The position numbers and the translations under genes are program-made. Below the pieces are notes generated by a model. That model was not told the origin of the DNA and searched no databases. It saw nothing but the letters and a program-made list of their open reading frames with translations. A DNA stretch of 64,000 nucleotides from Acidiferrobacterales bacterium (lineage in GTDB: Bacteria; Pseudomonadota; Gammaproteobacteria; Acidiferrobacterales; SZUA-150), in contig CAMYII010000116.1 in the NCBI GenBank assembly GCA_947258385.1, positions 3,984 through 67,983 on the forward strand, read 5' to 3'. Of the stretch, positions 26,811 through 39,343 are shown piece after piece; position 1 is the first letter of the stretch, and every line of letters begins with the position of its first letter.

Positions 26811-28112
26811 TTACGAGAACATGTCAGCGGTGATGCTCGCGTACCAGCCCGAGGCATAGTCGGCCTCCTTCTTGCGAAACTCATCGCTTGCATCCATGGG
26901 GCTGAGCCCGCCCGATCCCTTGACCTTCCTGATGCCCTCCTCGGTCACATTGTAGACGGCCGCCACCGAGATCCCGTAGTCGGGGGCGACCAGACTGTAG
27001 CAGGTGTTGACATAGGAAGGATCCGGCATCGCCGTACCGCTCAGACTTGATACGATCGCCGCCGCGCAGACCTTGCCCTGGCTGTTGGCGGCATACCCGG
27101 ATTTCGGCATCTGCCCGGCGATCGAGGCATCGCCGATGACATACACGTCCTTGTGCACGCTGGACTCGAACGTGCGCTGATTCACCGGACACCAGCCATC
27201 GGCGTTCACCAACCCCGCCTTGTGCGCGAGCTCACCCGCTTTTTGCGGCGGAATGAGATTGACCACATCACCGGTATGCGCCTCCCCGAATTCGGCATAA
27301 AGCGTTCGCTTGGCCATATCGATACGGTCAATCTTGCCGCCGGCGCTCGCCTTCACCCACTCGATCATCCCCGGATAACGCTTCTCCCATCCCTGCATGA
27401 ATAATCCCTGCTTGGAGAACTTGTCCTTGGCATCGAGGATCAAAACCTTGGACTTCGGTTTATTCTGGGTCAGATAATGCGCGATCAGACTCGCGCGTTC
27501 GTAGGGCCCGGGGGGACAGCGGAATGGATTGCCGGGCGGTACGATGATCACCACCCCGCCATCCTGCATCGCTTCCAGCTGCTTGCGCAGCGTACGGGTC
27601 TGCGGCCCGCCCTTCCAGGCGTGCGGAACCGTCTCACAGGCCGCCTCGTCATAACCCTCAATGGCGTCCCAGCGGAAATCGATCCCGGGAGACACCACCA
27701 GGCGGTCATACTGCATGGTCTTGCTGCCTTTAAGCGTAAGCTTTTTGGCCGCGGCATCGATATCGGTCACGGCCCCACGGATCACGTTGATCCCGTAGTT
27801 ATCGCCTAACTTGTCATAGCCGTGGGAGATCGACTCAAAGCTGCGCCCACCGACCAGAAACAGGTTGCTGAACGGACAGGTCACGAACCGCGCATCACGC
27901 TCGATCAACGTGACCTCAACGGCGGGATCGAACTTACGAATGTATTTCGCGCACGTCGCGCCGCCGAACCCGCCGCCGACCACGATGACGCGCCCCCCTG
28001 CTTTGGCCTTCTTCTGGCAGCCGCCGAGCGGCCAGGCCAGCGCCCCCATCGCCGACAGCGCACCCGCGGTACCCGCCAGCCTAATGAACCCTCTGCGTGA
28101 TAACTTGCTCAT
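26811..28112 (-). CDS. fccB: flavocytochrome c sulfide dehydrogenase, flavoprotein subunit
   Basis: Tat motif SRRGFIRL and FAD fold VIVVGGGFGGATCA. It lies immediately downstream of a small cytochrome c gene (fccAB order). Confidence 0.88.
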   Translation of the reverse strand: MSKLSRRGFIRLAGTAGALSAMGALAWPLGGCQKKAKAGGRVIVVGGGFGGATCAKYIRKFDPAVEVTLIERDARFVTCPFSNLFLVGGRSFESISHGYDKLGDNYGINVIRGAVTDIDAAAKKLTLKGSKTMQYDRLVVSPGIDFRWDAIEGYDEAACETVPHAWKGGPQTRTLRKQLEAMQDGGVVIIVPPGNPFRCPPGPYERASLIAHYLTQNKPKSKVLILDAKDKFSKQGLFMQGWEKRYPGMIEWVKASAGGKIDRIDMAKRTLYAEFGEAHTGDVVNLIPPQKAGELAHKAGLVNADGWCPVNQRTFESSVHKDVYVIGDASIAGQMPKSGYAANSQGKVCAAAIVSSLSGTAMPDPSYVNTCYSLVAPDYGISVAAVYNVTEEGIRKVKGSGGLSPMDASDEFRKKEADYASGWYASITADMFS

Positions 28113-28124
28113 TGCGGCCTCCTC

Positions 28125-28439
28125 CTACATGCTCGCAAAATACTCTGCGATCAGTCTGATTTCCTCGTCGGTATAGCCCTTGATATGGCGTCCCATCACG
28201 GTTGACGGAATCTCGCCCGAGCGGAAGCCCTTCAGGATCTGCTCCAGGAACTCCGCGGACTTGCCGGAGATACTCGGGATCGATCCGGGGCTCCTGCCAT
28301 CCGTTCCATGACAACCGGCGCATGATGTGCCCAGCATCGCACCGCGCGTCACCTCGGCTGCCTGAAGCGGGAAGGATTGCGATATCAAGATGGCCATCGC
28401 GGCCACAACCAGGCCTGGTATTCGATATGATCTACACAT
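28125..28439 (-). CDS. fccA: monohaem cytochrome c subunit of flavocytochrome c
   Basis: 104 aa with a signal peptide and a single CAGCH. It lies 12 nt upstream of fccB. Confidence 0.8.
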   Translation of the reverse strand: MCRSYRIPGLVVAAMAILISQSFPLQAAEVTRGAMLGTSCAGCHGTDGRSPGSIPSISGKSAEFLEQILKGFRSGEIPSTVMGRHIKGYTDEEIRLIAEYFASM

Positions 28440-28829
28440 GATTCCCCTCCGATTCCCTCTGCACTTCGTGATCGATTACATCGTCAACTGCGTCCCTTGT
28501 GTTATACGTTTTGATCCCGGCCAGTCGCATGCGGGCGGATAGTCCCGGTGATCAGGCCCGCTGGGGCGGCCTCACACGCTCGGTTCCTTCATAGACGCCG
28601 CCTGGAGCAGGATTTTTCTCCGCCGGTTGGCCGCTCGGGTCTTTATGGTACACCAAATTACAAGCAACACGATGACCTGATTCGTGATCCATTCACAGAA
28701 AACAGAAACACGTTCGTGTCATCATACTCCCTGTTGGATGCTTGTCGTATTAGCGTATTAGCGTATTATGATGTACGAACCGTCCGGCGTGAAACGGACG
28801 AACCTTGGCCTGATTGATAAAAGCAACCC

Positions 28830-29534
28830 ATGGAATCGGAAAACATTGTGGTATCGCTGCGCGGCTTGAGCCGCAGCTATCGCGAAGGTGAGCAGACCCG
28901 GGTTGTTCTCGATCACCTCGATCTCGACATCGCCCGCGGCGAGTGCGTCGCGTTGCTGGGGCGAAGCGGGTCGGGCAAATCGACGCTGTTGAATCTCATC
29001 AGCGGCATCGATCTGCCCACCGCGGGCACCATACGTGTCGACGGGGTTGAGCTGACGGCACTCAATGAACGCGAGCGCACGCTGTTTCGCCGCCGGCATG
29101 TCGGGTTTGTGTATCAATTCTTCAATCTGATCCCCACCCTTACGGTGGAGGAGAACCTGCTGCTGCCGCTCGAGCTCAACCGGCGTGACAAAGGTGCAGC
29201 GCGGCGCACGGCGATCGCCTTATTGGAGGAGATCGGCCTGGGCGATCGCCGGACGGCGTTCCCGGACCAGCTTTCCGGGGGCGAGCAACAGCGGGTGGCC
29301 ATCGCCCGCGCCCTGGTGCACGACCCCTTGCTGGTGCTGGCGGACGAGCCTACCGGCAACCTCGACGCCGATACCGGCCGGCATGTACTCGCGCTGCTCG
29401 ATAGGCTGACGCGCCAGGCGGGCAAGACGCTGATTGTGGTGACCCATTCCAAAGCGGTGGCGGGGTTGGCCGACCAGGTCCTGACGCTAGCCAACGGACA
29501 TATCGCAGCACAAGCGCGCGAGGTCGCCTGGTGA
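28830..29534 (+). CDS. ABC transporter ATP-binding protein (MacB/LolD-type, AttE-like)
   Basis: Walker [13 protein letters not shown], signature [14 protein letters not shown] and Walker [12 protein letters not shown]. Confidence 0.88.
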   Translation: MESENIVVSLRGLSRSYREGEQTRVVLDHLDLDIARGECVALLGRSGSGKSTLLNLISGIDLPTAGTIRVDGVELTALNERERTLFRRRHVGFVYQFFNLIPTLTVEENLLLPLELNRRDKGAARRTAIALLEEIGLGDRRTAFPDQLSGGEQQRVAIARALVHDPLLVLADEPTGNLDADTGRHVLALLDRLTRQAGKTLIVVTHSKAVAGLADQVLTLANGHIAAQAREVAW

Positions 29535-32065
29535 GGGCGCTCGTCCGGCGTGCAAGCTGGCGCCACCTGTGGCGCCACCCCTGGCAGATGGTGCTGGCCA
29601 TTCTCGGCGTGGCCCTGGGCGTGGCGGTGGCCGTGGCGGTGGATCTCGCCAATACCAGCGCCGAGCGTGCCTTCCGCCTGTCGATGGCGAACCTCGCCGG
29701 TGAGGCCACCCACCAGATTATCGGCGGCGCCACGGGCGTCGACGAGCGCTTGTATACCCGGCTGCGCATCGACGCCGGTCTCCGCGCCAGCGCCCCGGTG
29801 GTGGAGGCCTACGGCAAGAGCGGCGACGAGACCTTGCACGTGCTGGGTGTGGACATCTTCGCCGAGCAAAGCATTCGCGGTCACCTGAACGGCATCAGCG
29901 AAGTCGCGCTGCAGCGGCTGCTCTCGCACCCGAATACGGTACTGATGGCGGATCTCACCGCCAGGCGCCTCGGCCTGGCGCCCGGCGGGCGCTTCACCTT
30001 ACGGCTCGGCGGCCGTCGCACCGAGGTTGAGCTGACCGGGGTACTGGCGACCAGCGCGCGAACGGCAGCGGCACTGGACGGTCTGGTCACCACCGATATC
30101 GCGACCGCGCAAGAGCTTGCGGGCGTGGTCGGACGATTGAGCTGGATCGACCTGGTGCTGCCCGAGGGCGAACAGGGCAAGGACTTGCGCCGTCGCGTGG
30201 AGCGCCTGTTGCCGCCTGAGGTCACGCTCGTCGCCGCGGCCGCGCGCACCGAGGCCATGACCCAGATGACCCGCGCCTTCCACATCAATCTGACCGCCAT
30301 GAGCCTGCTGGCCTTACTGGTCGGTGTGTTTCTGATCTACAACACCATGACCTTCGCGGTGCTGCAGCGCCGCGGCCTGATCGGCACCCTGCGCGTGCTG
30401 GGCGTCACCCGCGCGGAAATCTTCCGCGTGGTGCTCGGCGAAGCGGTGCTCATCGGGGTGGTCGGGACCGTGCTGGGCATCGTCATCGGCATTGTGCTCG
30501 GGCAGGGACTGGTGCGGCTGGTGACACGCACCATCGACGACCTCTACTTCGCGCTCACGGTAGGGAGCTTGCTGCTGACACCCGCGCCGCTGATCAAGGG
30601 CAGTTTGATGGGGCTAGCAGCCACCTTGCTGGCGGCGCTGGCGCCGGCGATGGAGGCGGCCACGACCGTTCCGCGCACGGCGCTGACCCGCTCGGAGCTC
30701 GAACGGCGCGTCCGCTCTCTGGCGCCGCGGCTCGCCCTGCTCGGCGCCCTGCTTGCGCTCGGCGCGCTTGTGATCCTGCTGTTACCGACGCGCGACCTCG
30801 TCACCGGCTTCGTGAGCCTGTTCATGTTGATCCTCGGCATGACCTTGATCGCACCTGCTGTCGTCGCAGGCGTCACCCACCTGCTGGCCCCGGTCGCCGG
30901 CCGCCTGTTCGGCATTCAGGCGCGGCTCGCGATTCGCGGCATTGCCGCCTCGCTCAGCCGCACGGGGGTCGCCATCGCCGCGTTGATGCTGGCGGTATCG
31001 ACCACCGTCGGGGTCGGTGTAATGGTGTCTAGCTTTCGTTCCACCGTAGCGGTCTGGCTGGATGCGACGCTGCGGGCGGACATTTACATTTCGGCGCCCA
31101 GCCTGCGCTCCAGCCGCACAGCCTCACAACTTGACCCGCAGATTGTGCAACACGTCCGCGCGGTGCCCGGCATTGAGGCGATCGCGAGCGGCCGTTCGGT
31201 GACCGTGGAATCCGGGCACGGGCTGACCGAGGTGTTCGCGCTGGAGCGGCCGCCGGGTCGGGGCCCGCGCTACCTGCTCCGGGCCGGCGACCCCGCGGCG
31301 GTGTGGCGGGCGTTCGGCGCCAACGAGGCGGTGTTGGTCTCCGAGCCCTATGCCTACCGGCATGGCATCGGTATCGGTGATCGCGTCCGGCTGCGCACGG
31401 ATGACGGCGAGCGAACCTTTCCGGTGGCCGGCGTGTACTACGATTATGAGTCTGGTCCCGGGGTGGTGCTGATGAACCGTGAGCTGTACGAGCGCCACTA
31501 TCGCGACCGCGCGATCGGCGCCCTCGGCCTGTACCTGCGGCCCGACGCCGCTATGGATGAAGTGATGGCGGCCTTGCGAGCGGCGCTCGGCGGCGGTCAG
31601 GAGGTATTGATCCGTTCCAACCGTGAGATCCGCCAGGCATCGCTGGAGATTTTCGATCGCACCTTTACCATCACCAATGTGTTGCGCCTGCTCTCTATCC
31701 TGGTGGCCTTCATCGGCATCCTGAGCGCGCTGATGGCGCTGCAACTGGAACGGGCGAAAGAGCTGGCCATACTGCGTGCCACAGGTTTTACGCCGGCGCA
31801 GGTGACGGGTCTGGTGACCGTGCAGACCGGTTTCATGGGCCTAGTGGCCGGTGTGCTCGCGGTGCCGGTGGGCCTGGTGATGTCGCTGATCCTGATCCAC
31901 GTGATCAACCGCCGCGCCTTCGGCTGGAGCATGCAGACCCTGGTGCCGGCCGATGTGCTTATCCAGGCGGTATTGCTCGCATTGCTGGCGGCGCTGATCG
32001 CCGGCCTGTATCCCGGCTGGCGCATGGCCCGCACCCGTCCCGCAGCCGCGCTGCGCGAGGAATGA
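29531..32065 (+). CDS. FtsX-family ABC permease, duplicated (844 aa, AttF/AttG-like fusion)
   Basis: Its start overlaps the ATPase stop. It has two FtsX-type 4-TM modules separated by a large loop. Confidence 0.85.
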   Translation: MRALVRRASWRHLWRHPWQMVLAILGVALGVAVAVAVDLANTSAERAFRLSMANLAGEATHQIIGGATGVDERLYTRLRIDAGLRASAPVVEAYGKSGDETLHVLGVDIFAEQSIRGHLNGISEVALQRLLSHPNTVLMADLTARRLGLAPGGRFTLRLGGRRTEVELTGVLATSARTAAALDGLVTTDIATAQELAGVVGRLSWIDLVLPEGEQGKDLRRRVERLLPPEVTLVAAAARTEAMTQMTRAFHINLTAMSLLALLVGVFLIYNTMTFAVLQRRGLIGTLRVLGVTRAEIFRVVLGEAVLIGVVGTVLGIVIGIVLGQGLVRLVTRTIDDLYFALTVGSLLLTPAPLIKGSLMGLAATLLAALAPAMEAATTVPRTALTRSELERRVRSLAPRLALLGALLALGALVILLLPTRDLVTGFVSLFMLILGMTLIAPAVVAGVTHLLAPVAGRLFGIQARLAIRGIAASLSRTGVAIAALMLAVSTTVGVGVMVSSFRSTVAVWLDATLRADIYISAPSLRSSRTASQLDPQIVQHVRAVPGIEAIASGRSVTVESGHGLTEVFALERPPGRGPRYLLRAGDPAAVWRAFGANEAVLVSEPYAYRHGIGIGDRVRLRTDDGERTFPVAGVYYDYESGPGVVLMNRELYERHYRDRAIGALGLYLRPDAAMDEVMAALRAALGGGQEVLIRSNREIRQASLEIFDRTFTITNVLRLLSILVAFIGILSALMALQLERAKELAILRATGFTPAQVTGLVTVQTGFMGLVAGVLAVPVGLVMSLILIHVINRRAFGWSMQTLVPADVLIQAVLLALLAALIAGLYPGWRMARTRPAAALREE

Positions 32066-33246
32066 ACGTGCGTGCGCGGATAATAACCGCGGGGGTCGGT
32101 GCCATTACGGGGGCGGCATTGGCACTGGGCCTGCTGTGGCTAACGACAAGCGGCCCGCGCGCTGCCAGGGAAGACGCCAGTTCGAACCTCACGCTCTCCG
32201 GCACGCTCGCCACGCGCGAGGCGGCCGGCTTCGCCCGGGCGGACCGGATACGGCCGCTGCGCTTCCCCCGTGACCACGGACCCCATCCGGCGTTCCGCAA
32301 CGAATGGTGGTATTTCACCGGCAACCTGCAAAGCGGGGACGGGCGTCGCTTCGGCTACGAGCTCAGCCTGTTTCGCTTCGCGCTGCGGCCGCCACCGCAC
32401 CCGGCGCGGCACTCCCAATGGGCGACCGACCATGTCTATATGGCTCACTTTGCCGTCACCAATGCGGCCGGTAAACACTTCCATTTTTTCGAGCGCTTTG
32501 CGCGCAACGCCGTGGGCCTGGCCGGGGCCCAGGCGGCACCATTTCGCGTCTGGGTGGAAGACTGGTCGGTCGAGGCGGATACGACCAACGGCTTTCCGTG
32601 GCGGCTGCGCGCGGCCGCCGACGGGCTGGAGCTCACCCTGGAACTAACGGCGGTCAAGCCCATCGTGCTGCAGGGCGATCGCGGCTTGAGCCAAAAGAGC
32701 GCCGAGCCGGGCAATGCGTCGTACTACTACTCCATCACCCGCCTCGACAGCCGCGGGACATTGCTCTTGAACGGTGAACGCCTGCAGGTCGCCGGGCAAT
32801 CCTGGATGGACCGGGAATGGGGGACGAGCGCCCTGAGTGAGGCGCAGCAGGGCTGGGACTGGTTTGCCCTGCAGCTTGCCGATGGCCACGATTTGATGTT
32901 TTACCAGCTGCGCCGTAAGGACGGCAGCATCGACCCTCACAGCGCCGGGGCCCTGGTGGACCCGCGGGGACGAATCACCCGTTTAGGGCCTCAAGACGTA
33001 GGCGTCGAGGTGCTCGAGGTCTGGCACAGCCCGCGCGGCGGCCGCTACCCGGCGCGTTGGCGTCTGACCGTCGAGCCGCTCAATATGACGCTGGAGGTCG
33101 CCCCGGTGCTGGCCGACCAGGAGCTCGATGTCTCCATCCGCTACTGGGAGGGCGCGGTGGATGTCGGCGGCCGGCGCAACGGTGAGACGCTCGGCGGCCG
33201 CGGTTACGTGGAGCTGACCGGTTATGGCACCGGCGGCGATGAGTAG
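32062..33246 (+). CDS. AttH/CrtC-like (carotenoid 1,2-hydratase fold, lipocalin-like) protein
   Basis: ..FPRDHGPHPAFRNEWWYFTGNL.. is typical of AttH/hydroxyneurosporene-synthase-like proteins. It is translationally coupled to the permease. Confidence 0.75.
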   Translation: MNVRARIITAGVGAITGAALALGLLWLTTSGPRAAREDASSNLTLSGTLATREAAGFARADRIRPLRFPRDHGPHPAFRNEWWYFTGNLQSGDGRRFGYELSLFRFALRPPPHPARHSQWATDHVYMAHFAVTNAAGKHFHFFERFARNAVGLAGAQAAPFRVWVEDWSVEADTTNGFPWRLRAAADGLELTLELTAVKPIVLQGDRGLSQKSAEPGNASYYYSITRLDSRGTLLLNGERLQVAGQSWMDREWGTSALSEAQQGWDWFALQLADGHDLMFYQLRRKDGSIDPHSAGALVDPRGRITRLGPQDVGVEVLEVWHSPRGGRYPARWRLTVEPLNMTLEVAPVLADQELDVSIRYWEGAVDVGGRRNGETLGGRGYVELTGYGTGGDE

Positions 33247-33285
33247 CGCGGTTTCAGGCCGCGCGATACGCCGGGCAGGACCCGG

Positions 33286-33606
33286 TCAGTCCCAGCGATC
33301 GTCTTTGACCTGTACCGTACCGTTTTGCAGGCGCACCGGAAAGGTGCTGACGGCCTCGTAGGCCGGCGGGGCGGTCACCTCGCCGGTCTTGATATTGAAG
33401 CGGGCGCCGTGGCGCGGGCAGATGATCTCCTCGCCGTCGACCTCGCCACAGGCCAGCTCGCCGCCGTCGTGGGTGCACACGTCCTCGATGGCGTAGAAAT
33501 CGCCGCCGAGATTGAACACCGCGATCATCGCCCCGTCCACCTCAACCACCCTGGACTCGCCCGGCTTCAGCGATGCCGCCGGCGCCACGTCGACCCAGTC
33601 TGACAT
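33286..33606 (-). CDS. Rieske [2Fe-2S] ferredoxin
   Basis: CTHDGG ... CPRHGARF (CxH..CxxH). It is the last gene of the suf operon. Confidence 0.8.
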   Translation of the reverse strand: MSDWVDVAPAASLKPGESRVVEVDGAMIAVFNLGGDFYAIEDVCTHDGGELACGEVDGEEIICPRHGARFNIKTGEVTAPPAYEAVSTFPVRLQNGTVQVKDDRWD

Positions 33607-33640
33607 CAGCTTCCGTCGACTTTGTTAAGACCGGCCAGCT

Positions 33641-33997
33641 TCACAGCAGCCCGAGCTGCAGCTTGACCGCCTCGGACATCTGATCCTGCGTCCACGGCGG
33701 GTCCCACACCAGTTCGACGTGCGCGTCGAGCACGCCCGGCACGCATTTGACGGCACATTCCACGGTCGCGGGAAACGTGCCGGCGACCGGACAACCGGGC
33801 GCCGTCAGCGTCATTTGTATCGCGACGGTCCCCGCGGGGTCGATATCGAGCCGGTAAATGAGCCCCAGGTCATAGATGTTCACGGGGATCTCGGGATCAT
33901 GCACGCCGCGCAGCGCCTGAATGACCCGCTGCCGCAGCTCATCACCCTGTTCCGGCGCCTGCTGTTGTTTGGCGAGCTTGGTCAGATCAAGACTCAT
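33641..33997 (-). CDS. sufT: SufT-like DUF59 Fe-S assembly protein
   Basis: ..VHDPEIPVNIYDLGLIY..MTLTAPGCP.. is a DUF59 signature. The start is set at ATG 33997. Confidence 0.8.
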   Translation of the reverse strand: MSLDLTKLAKQQQAPEQGDELRQRVIQALRGVHDPEIPVNIYDLGLIYRLDIDPAGTVAIQMTLTAPGCPVAGTFPATVECAVKCVPGVLDAHVELVWDPPWTQDQMSEAVKLQLGLL

Positions 33998-34014
33998 GAT
34001 GCCACCTCGAATCG

Positions 34015-34458
34015 CTATTCCGTAGAAACGGTTTTGTCTTCGTTTCTGAGCGCGGCCTGCATGGTATGCCAGGCGAGCGTCGCGCACTTCACGCGCGCCG
34101 GATACTCGCGCACGCCGGCCAGCACCCTGAGCTTGCCCACTTCGGACGCGTCGACGTTCGTGGTCAACAGCGCGTGCATGTCCTCGAACAGCGCCCGGGC
34201 CTGCGCTTCCGTCTTGCCGATGAGGGCTTCGGTCATCAAGGAGGCGGAGGCCGTGGAAATCGCGCAGCCGGCGCCTTCGAAGCCGGCGTCCTTGATCACG
34301 CCATCCTCCACTTCCAGGTTGATGGTGAACTCGTCACCACAAAGCGGATTGAAGCCGTGCGCGTGCCGGTTGGTCCCGCCGGGCTTCTTGTGAAAATTGC
34401 GCGGGTTGCGGTTGTGGTCCAGGATGACCTCCTCATAGAGTTGGCGCAGATCAGACAT
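34015..34458 (-). CDS. sufU: SufU/IscU-type sulfur-transfer scaffold
   Basis: ..NPLCGDEF..GAGCAISTASAS..KCATLAWH... The ATG at 34458 overlaps the sufS TGA (TGATG). Confidence 0.85.
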   Translation of the reverse strand: MSDLRQLYEEVILDHNRNPRNFHKKPGGTNRHAHGFNPLCGDEFTINLEVEDGVIKDAGFEGAGCAISTASASLMTEALIGKTEAQARALFEDMHALLTTNVDASEVGKLRVLAGVREYPARVKCATLAWHTMQAALRNEDKTVSTE

Positions 34459-35717
34459 CAGCCGAACACCTCCTTGGCCTCGTGGATCGCGGCGGCCAGC
34501 GCATCGACCTCCTCCGAGGTGTTGTAGAACGCGAGCGAGGCGCGCGCCGTCGCCGGCACACCGTAGCGCTGCATCACCGGCATCGCGCAATGGTGGCCCG
34601 TGCGGATCGCGACACCCTGATGGTCGAAGATGGTGCCGATGTCATGGGGATGCACCCCGGCGAGGGTAAACGACAGAATGCTCGCCTTGTCACGCGCGCA
34701 GCCGATGAGGCGAAGACCCGGAATCCCGGACAGCATCACCGTGGCATAGTGTAAGAGCTCCCGTTCGTAGTCGGCGATGGCATCGAGCCCGAGCCCGGTG
34801 AGGTAATCGATCGCCGCTCCAAGGCCGATGACCCCGGCGATATGCGGCGTGCCGGCCTCGAACTTATAGGGCAGGTCATTGTAGACGGTCTTATCGAAGC
34901 TGACGTACTTAATCATCTCACCCCCACCCTGATAGGGCGGCATGGCCTCCAGTAGCGCCTCCTTGCCGTAGAGCACGCCGATACCGGTGGGACCGTACAT
35001 CTTGTGCCCGGACAAGACATAGAAGTCGCAATCCAACGCCTGCACATCCACTGCGAAATGGGGCGCGGCCTGTGCACCGTCGACCAGCACCACCGCGCCC
35101 GCGTCATGGGCCAGGCGGGTCATCCGTTTCACGGGATTAATGCTGCCGAGCGCATTGGAGCAGTGCGCGATACCGACGAGCCGGGTGCGCGGACTCAGCA
35201 GTTTCTCGTAATCCTCCAGCACCACCTCGCCGGCATCGTTGATGGGCGCGACCCGCAGCGTGGCGCCAAGCTGCCCGGAGAGCAACTGCCACGGGACGAT
35301 ATTGGAATGGTGCTCCATTTCCGTGATCAGGATCTCATCACCGCGGCCGATGTTGGCGCGGCCAAAGCTCTGCGCGACCAGGTTGATGGCCTCCGTGGCG
35401 CCGCGCACGAAGACGATCTCTCTACTCGAATGCGCATTCAGGAACACCCTCGCCTTCTCGCGCGCGCCTTCGTAGTCCGCCGTGGCACGCTGGCTCAGGG
35501 TGTGCACGCCGCGGTGCACATTGGCGTTGTCCCTCCTGTAGTAACGCTCCACGGCGTCAATGACGGTGAACGGCTTCTGCGTGGTGGCGGCGTTATCGAG
35601 ATAGGCCAGGGGCCTGCCATGAACCTCCTGGTGCAACGCCGGAAAATCGGCGCGCACCCGGGCGACATCGAGTGGAGGCATCGGCGTTTCGATGACGGAT
35701 TCGCGTCTCATGCTCAT
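34458..35717 (-). CDS. sufS: cysteine desulfurase SufS
   Basis: PLP lysine block SGHKMYGPTGIG and catalytic Cys block RTGHHCAMP. Confidence 0.9.
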   Translation of the reverse strand: MSMRRESVIETPMPPLDVARVRADFPALHQEVHGRPLAYLDNAATTQKPFTVIDAVERYYRRDNANVHRGVHTLSQRATADYEGAREKARVFLNAHSSREIVFVRGATEAINLVAQSFGRANIGRGDEILITEMEHHSNIVPWQLLSGQLGATLRVAPINDAGEVVLEDYEKLLSPRTRLVGIAHCSNALGSINPVKRMTRLAHDAGAVVLVDGAQAAPHFAVDVQALDCDFYVLSGHKMYGPTGIGVLYGKEALLEAMPPYQGGGEMIKYVSFDKTVYNDLPYKFEAGTPHIAGVIGLGAAIDYLTGLGLDAIADYERELLHYATVMLSGIPGLRLIGCARDKASILSFTLAGVHPHDIGTIFDHQGVAIRTGHHCAMPVMQRYGVPATARASLAFYNTSEEVDALAAAIHEAKEVFG

Positions 35718-37080
35718 GCCAGCTCCAGCTCCTTAGTATCGCGACCGTGCAGCAAACCGCGAGCCAGACGCCGCTCGAGCTGCAGGCGCACCGGTTCGAG
35801 GCCGATGCGCTGCAATACATCCCGGGCGAAGGCGTAGGTCAGCAAATCCCGGGCCGCGGCCTCGTCCATCGCGCGTGAACGGAGATAGAACAGGGCGTCC
35901 GCATCGAGCTGGCCAACGGTCGCCCCGTGGGAGCACTTCACGTCATCGGCGTAGATCTCGAGCTGCGGTTTGCTGTCGGCCTCGGCGTCGCGGGACAACA
36001 GCAGATTATGATTGAGCTGTTCCGCATCGCTGTGCTGCGCGTGCGGATGCACCACGATACGGCCATGAAACACCCCCCGCGCACGGCCATCGAGGATCCC
36101 CTTGTAGAACTCCCGGCTGGTGCCGCGCGGGCTGGCATGATCGATGTGCGTATGGTTGTCGACGTGTTGACGGCCGCCGAGCACGCTCAGGCCGTTGAGA
36201 TGGCACTCGGCGCCTTCAGCATCGAGCACGCTGCGCAGGTCGTTGCGCACCAGCCGCCCGCCCAGATCGATGCCATGAGAGGTGAAACGGCTGTCGCGAT
36301 CCAGATTCACATGCAGCCCGCCGACATGGAAGGCCCTGGGGCCCTCCTCCTGCAGCCGGTAGTGCGTCACGCTCGCGCTGACTTCGGCGACGACCTCGGT
36401 CAGGGTATTGGTCCAATAGGCCGCCTCACCGTTGGCCACGTAGTGTTCGATGAGGGTCGCCTGACTGCCGGGCTCCGCCACGATCAGGTTGCGCGGCTGC
36501 ATCAGCATCGCCTCGGCCTCATCCGTGGTGACGTAGAGTATATGGATGGGCTGCTCGAGACTCACACCGCGGGAAAGATGAACAAAGGCGCCGTCGGCCA
36601 GCAAGGCGGAATTCAACGCCGTGAACCCATGCGAGGCATCGGGCAGACAACGTCCGAGATAAGCCTCCAGGGTCTCCGGCCGCTCGCTCAGCGCGTCGGC
36701 CAGACCGGATACGGTCACGCCCGCGGGCAGCCCGCCGAGCTGCGAGAGCGCCGGCGCGTAATAGCCGTTGACGAACACCAGCCGGTGGCAGCTGAGGTCC
36801 TCGAACAAAAACCCCTCGAGCCCCGTGATATCGACGCCGTTCAGGCCCTTGGGCGCGGGCGTGAAGCCGGCGCGCGCGATCGGCCCCACATCGGTGTATT
36901 TCCATTCCTCCTGCTGCGCGGCCGGGAAGCCCACCTCGGCAAAACGGGACGCCGCCCTCGCCTGAAGCTCGCTGATCCAGGCGGGCATACCCGCGGGCGC
37001 CCGTTTGCCGGCCGCGGCAATCGTCTCGAGATAGATCTGCTGCGTTGCGCTGTTCTGACTCATGACCTGCCCGCCCCTAC

Positions 37081-37084
<4 letters not shown>
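35714..37084 (-). CDS. sufD: Fe-S cluster assembly protein SufD
   Basis: It has an ATGA overlap with the sufC stop. The C-terminal SufBD beta-helix region (..EIYADDVKCSHGATVGQLD..) is present. Confidence 0.85.
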
Positions 37085-37842
<758 letters not shown>

Positions 37843-37894
37843 TCGATGTTCCTCGTTTGTCAACGTTTGGCCTGTCTTAAAGTCATACCGATTC

Positions 37895-39343
37895 CTACCC
37901 GACCGCCCCTTCGAGGCTGATGCCGAGCAGCTTCTGCGCCTCAACGGCAAACTCCATCGGCAGCTCCTTGAAGACCGCCTTGCAGAAGCCGTTGACGATC
38001 ATGGAAACGGCATCCTCGGCGGACAACCCGCGCTGGATCAAGTAGAACAGCTGGTCCTCGCTGATCTTGGACGTGGTCGCCTCATGCTCCACCTTGGCCG
38101 TCGGATTCTTGACCTCGATATAGGGAAAGGTATGGGCACCGCATTGATCGCCCATCAGCAGCGAGTCGCACTGGGTATAATTGCGCGCGTTCTCGGCGCC
38201 CTTCAAAATCTTGACCAGGCCGCGATAGGTGTTCTGCCCACGCCCCGCCGAGATACCCTTGGAGATAATGGTCGAGCGGGTGTTGCTGCCGATGTGCACC
38301 ATCTTCGTGCCGGTGTCGGCCTGCTGGCGGTTGTTGGTGAGCGCCACCGAATAGAATTCCCCGACGCTGTTGTCGGCCTCCAGGATCACGCTGGGATATT
38401 TCCAGGTGATGGCCGAGCCGGTCTCGACCTGGGTCCACGAGATCTTGGCGTTCGCCCCGCGGCAGGCCCCGCGCTTGGTGACGAAATTGTAAATACCGCC
38501 ACGACCCTCTTCGTCGCCGGGGTACCAGTTCTGCACCGTGGAATACTTGATCTGCGCATCTTTCAGGGCGACGAGCTCGACCACGGCGGCATGCAGTTGG
38601 TTCTCATCGCGCATCGGCGCCGTGCAGCCCTCGAGGTAACTCACGTAGGCGCCCTCCTCGGCGATGATGAGCGTGCGCTCGAACTGCCCGGTGTTAGAGG
38701 CATTAATTCGGAAATAGGTCGACAGCTCCATGGGGCAGCGCACCCCCTTGGGCACGTAGACAAACGACCCGTCGCTGAACACCGCCGAATTCAGCGCGGC
38801 ATAGAAGTTGTCCGTGTGCGGTACCACCGAACCCAGATACTGCTCCACCAGCGCAGGGTGCTCCCGCACCGCCTCGGAAAACGAGCAAAAGACAATGCCG
38901 AGCTCGCCCAGCTTCTCCTTGAAAGTGGTCGCCACGGAGACGCTGTCGAACACCGCGTCCACGGCGACCCCGGCCAGCATTTCCTGCTCCTTCAAGGGGA
39001 TTCCGAGCTTTTCGTAGGTCTCCAGCAACTTGGGATCGACCTCATCGAGACTCGTGGGGCCGTCTTTTCCCGACTTCGGCGCGGAGTAATAAACGATGTC
39101 CTGATAATCGATCGGCGGGTAGTGCACATGGGCCCACTGCGGCGTGGTCATGGTGAGCCAGTGGCGGTAGGCCCGCAGGCGCCACGCCAGCATGAACGCG
39201 GGCTCGTTCTTTTTGGCCGAGATCACCCGGATCGTGCCCTCGTCGAGCCCCGCGGGCACGGCGTCGGCCTCCAGCTCGGTGACGAAACCCGCCTGGTAGT
39301 CCCGTTTGATGAGCGCATCGATTTTCTGATCTGCTGTGGCCAT
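37895..39343 (-). CDS. sufB: Fe-S cluster assembly scaffold SufB
   Basis: Highly conserved SufB blocks (..[23 protein letters not shown].., ..[17 protein letters not shown]..). The start is set at ATG 39343 (MATADQKI..), preceded by a GGAG SD. Confidence 0.92.
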   Translation of the reverse strand: MATADQKIDALIKRDYQAGFVTELEADAVPAGLDEGTIRVISAKKNEPAFMLAWRLRAYRHWLTMTTPQWAHVHYPPIDYQDIVYYSAPKSGKDGPTSLDEVDPKLLETYEKLGIPLKEQEMLAGVAVDAVFDSVSVATTFKEKLGELGIVFCSFSEAVREHPALVEQYLGSVVPHTDNFYAALNSAVFSDGSFVYVPKGVRCPMELSTYFRINASNTGQFERTLIIAEEGAYVSYLEGCTAPMRDENQLHAAVVELVALKDAQIKYSTVQNWYPGDEEGRGGIYNFVTKRGACRGANAKISWTQVETGSAITWKYPSVILEADNSVGEFYSVALTNNRQQADTGTKMVHIGSNTRSTIISKGISAGRGQNTYRGLVKILKGAENARNYTQCDSLLMGDQCGAHTFPYIEVKNPTAKVEHEATTSKISEDQLFYLIQRGLSAEDAVSMIVNGFCKAVFKELPMEFAVEAQKLLGISLEGAVG

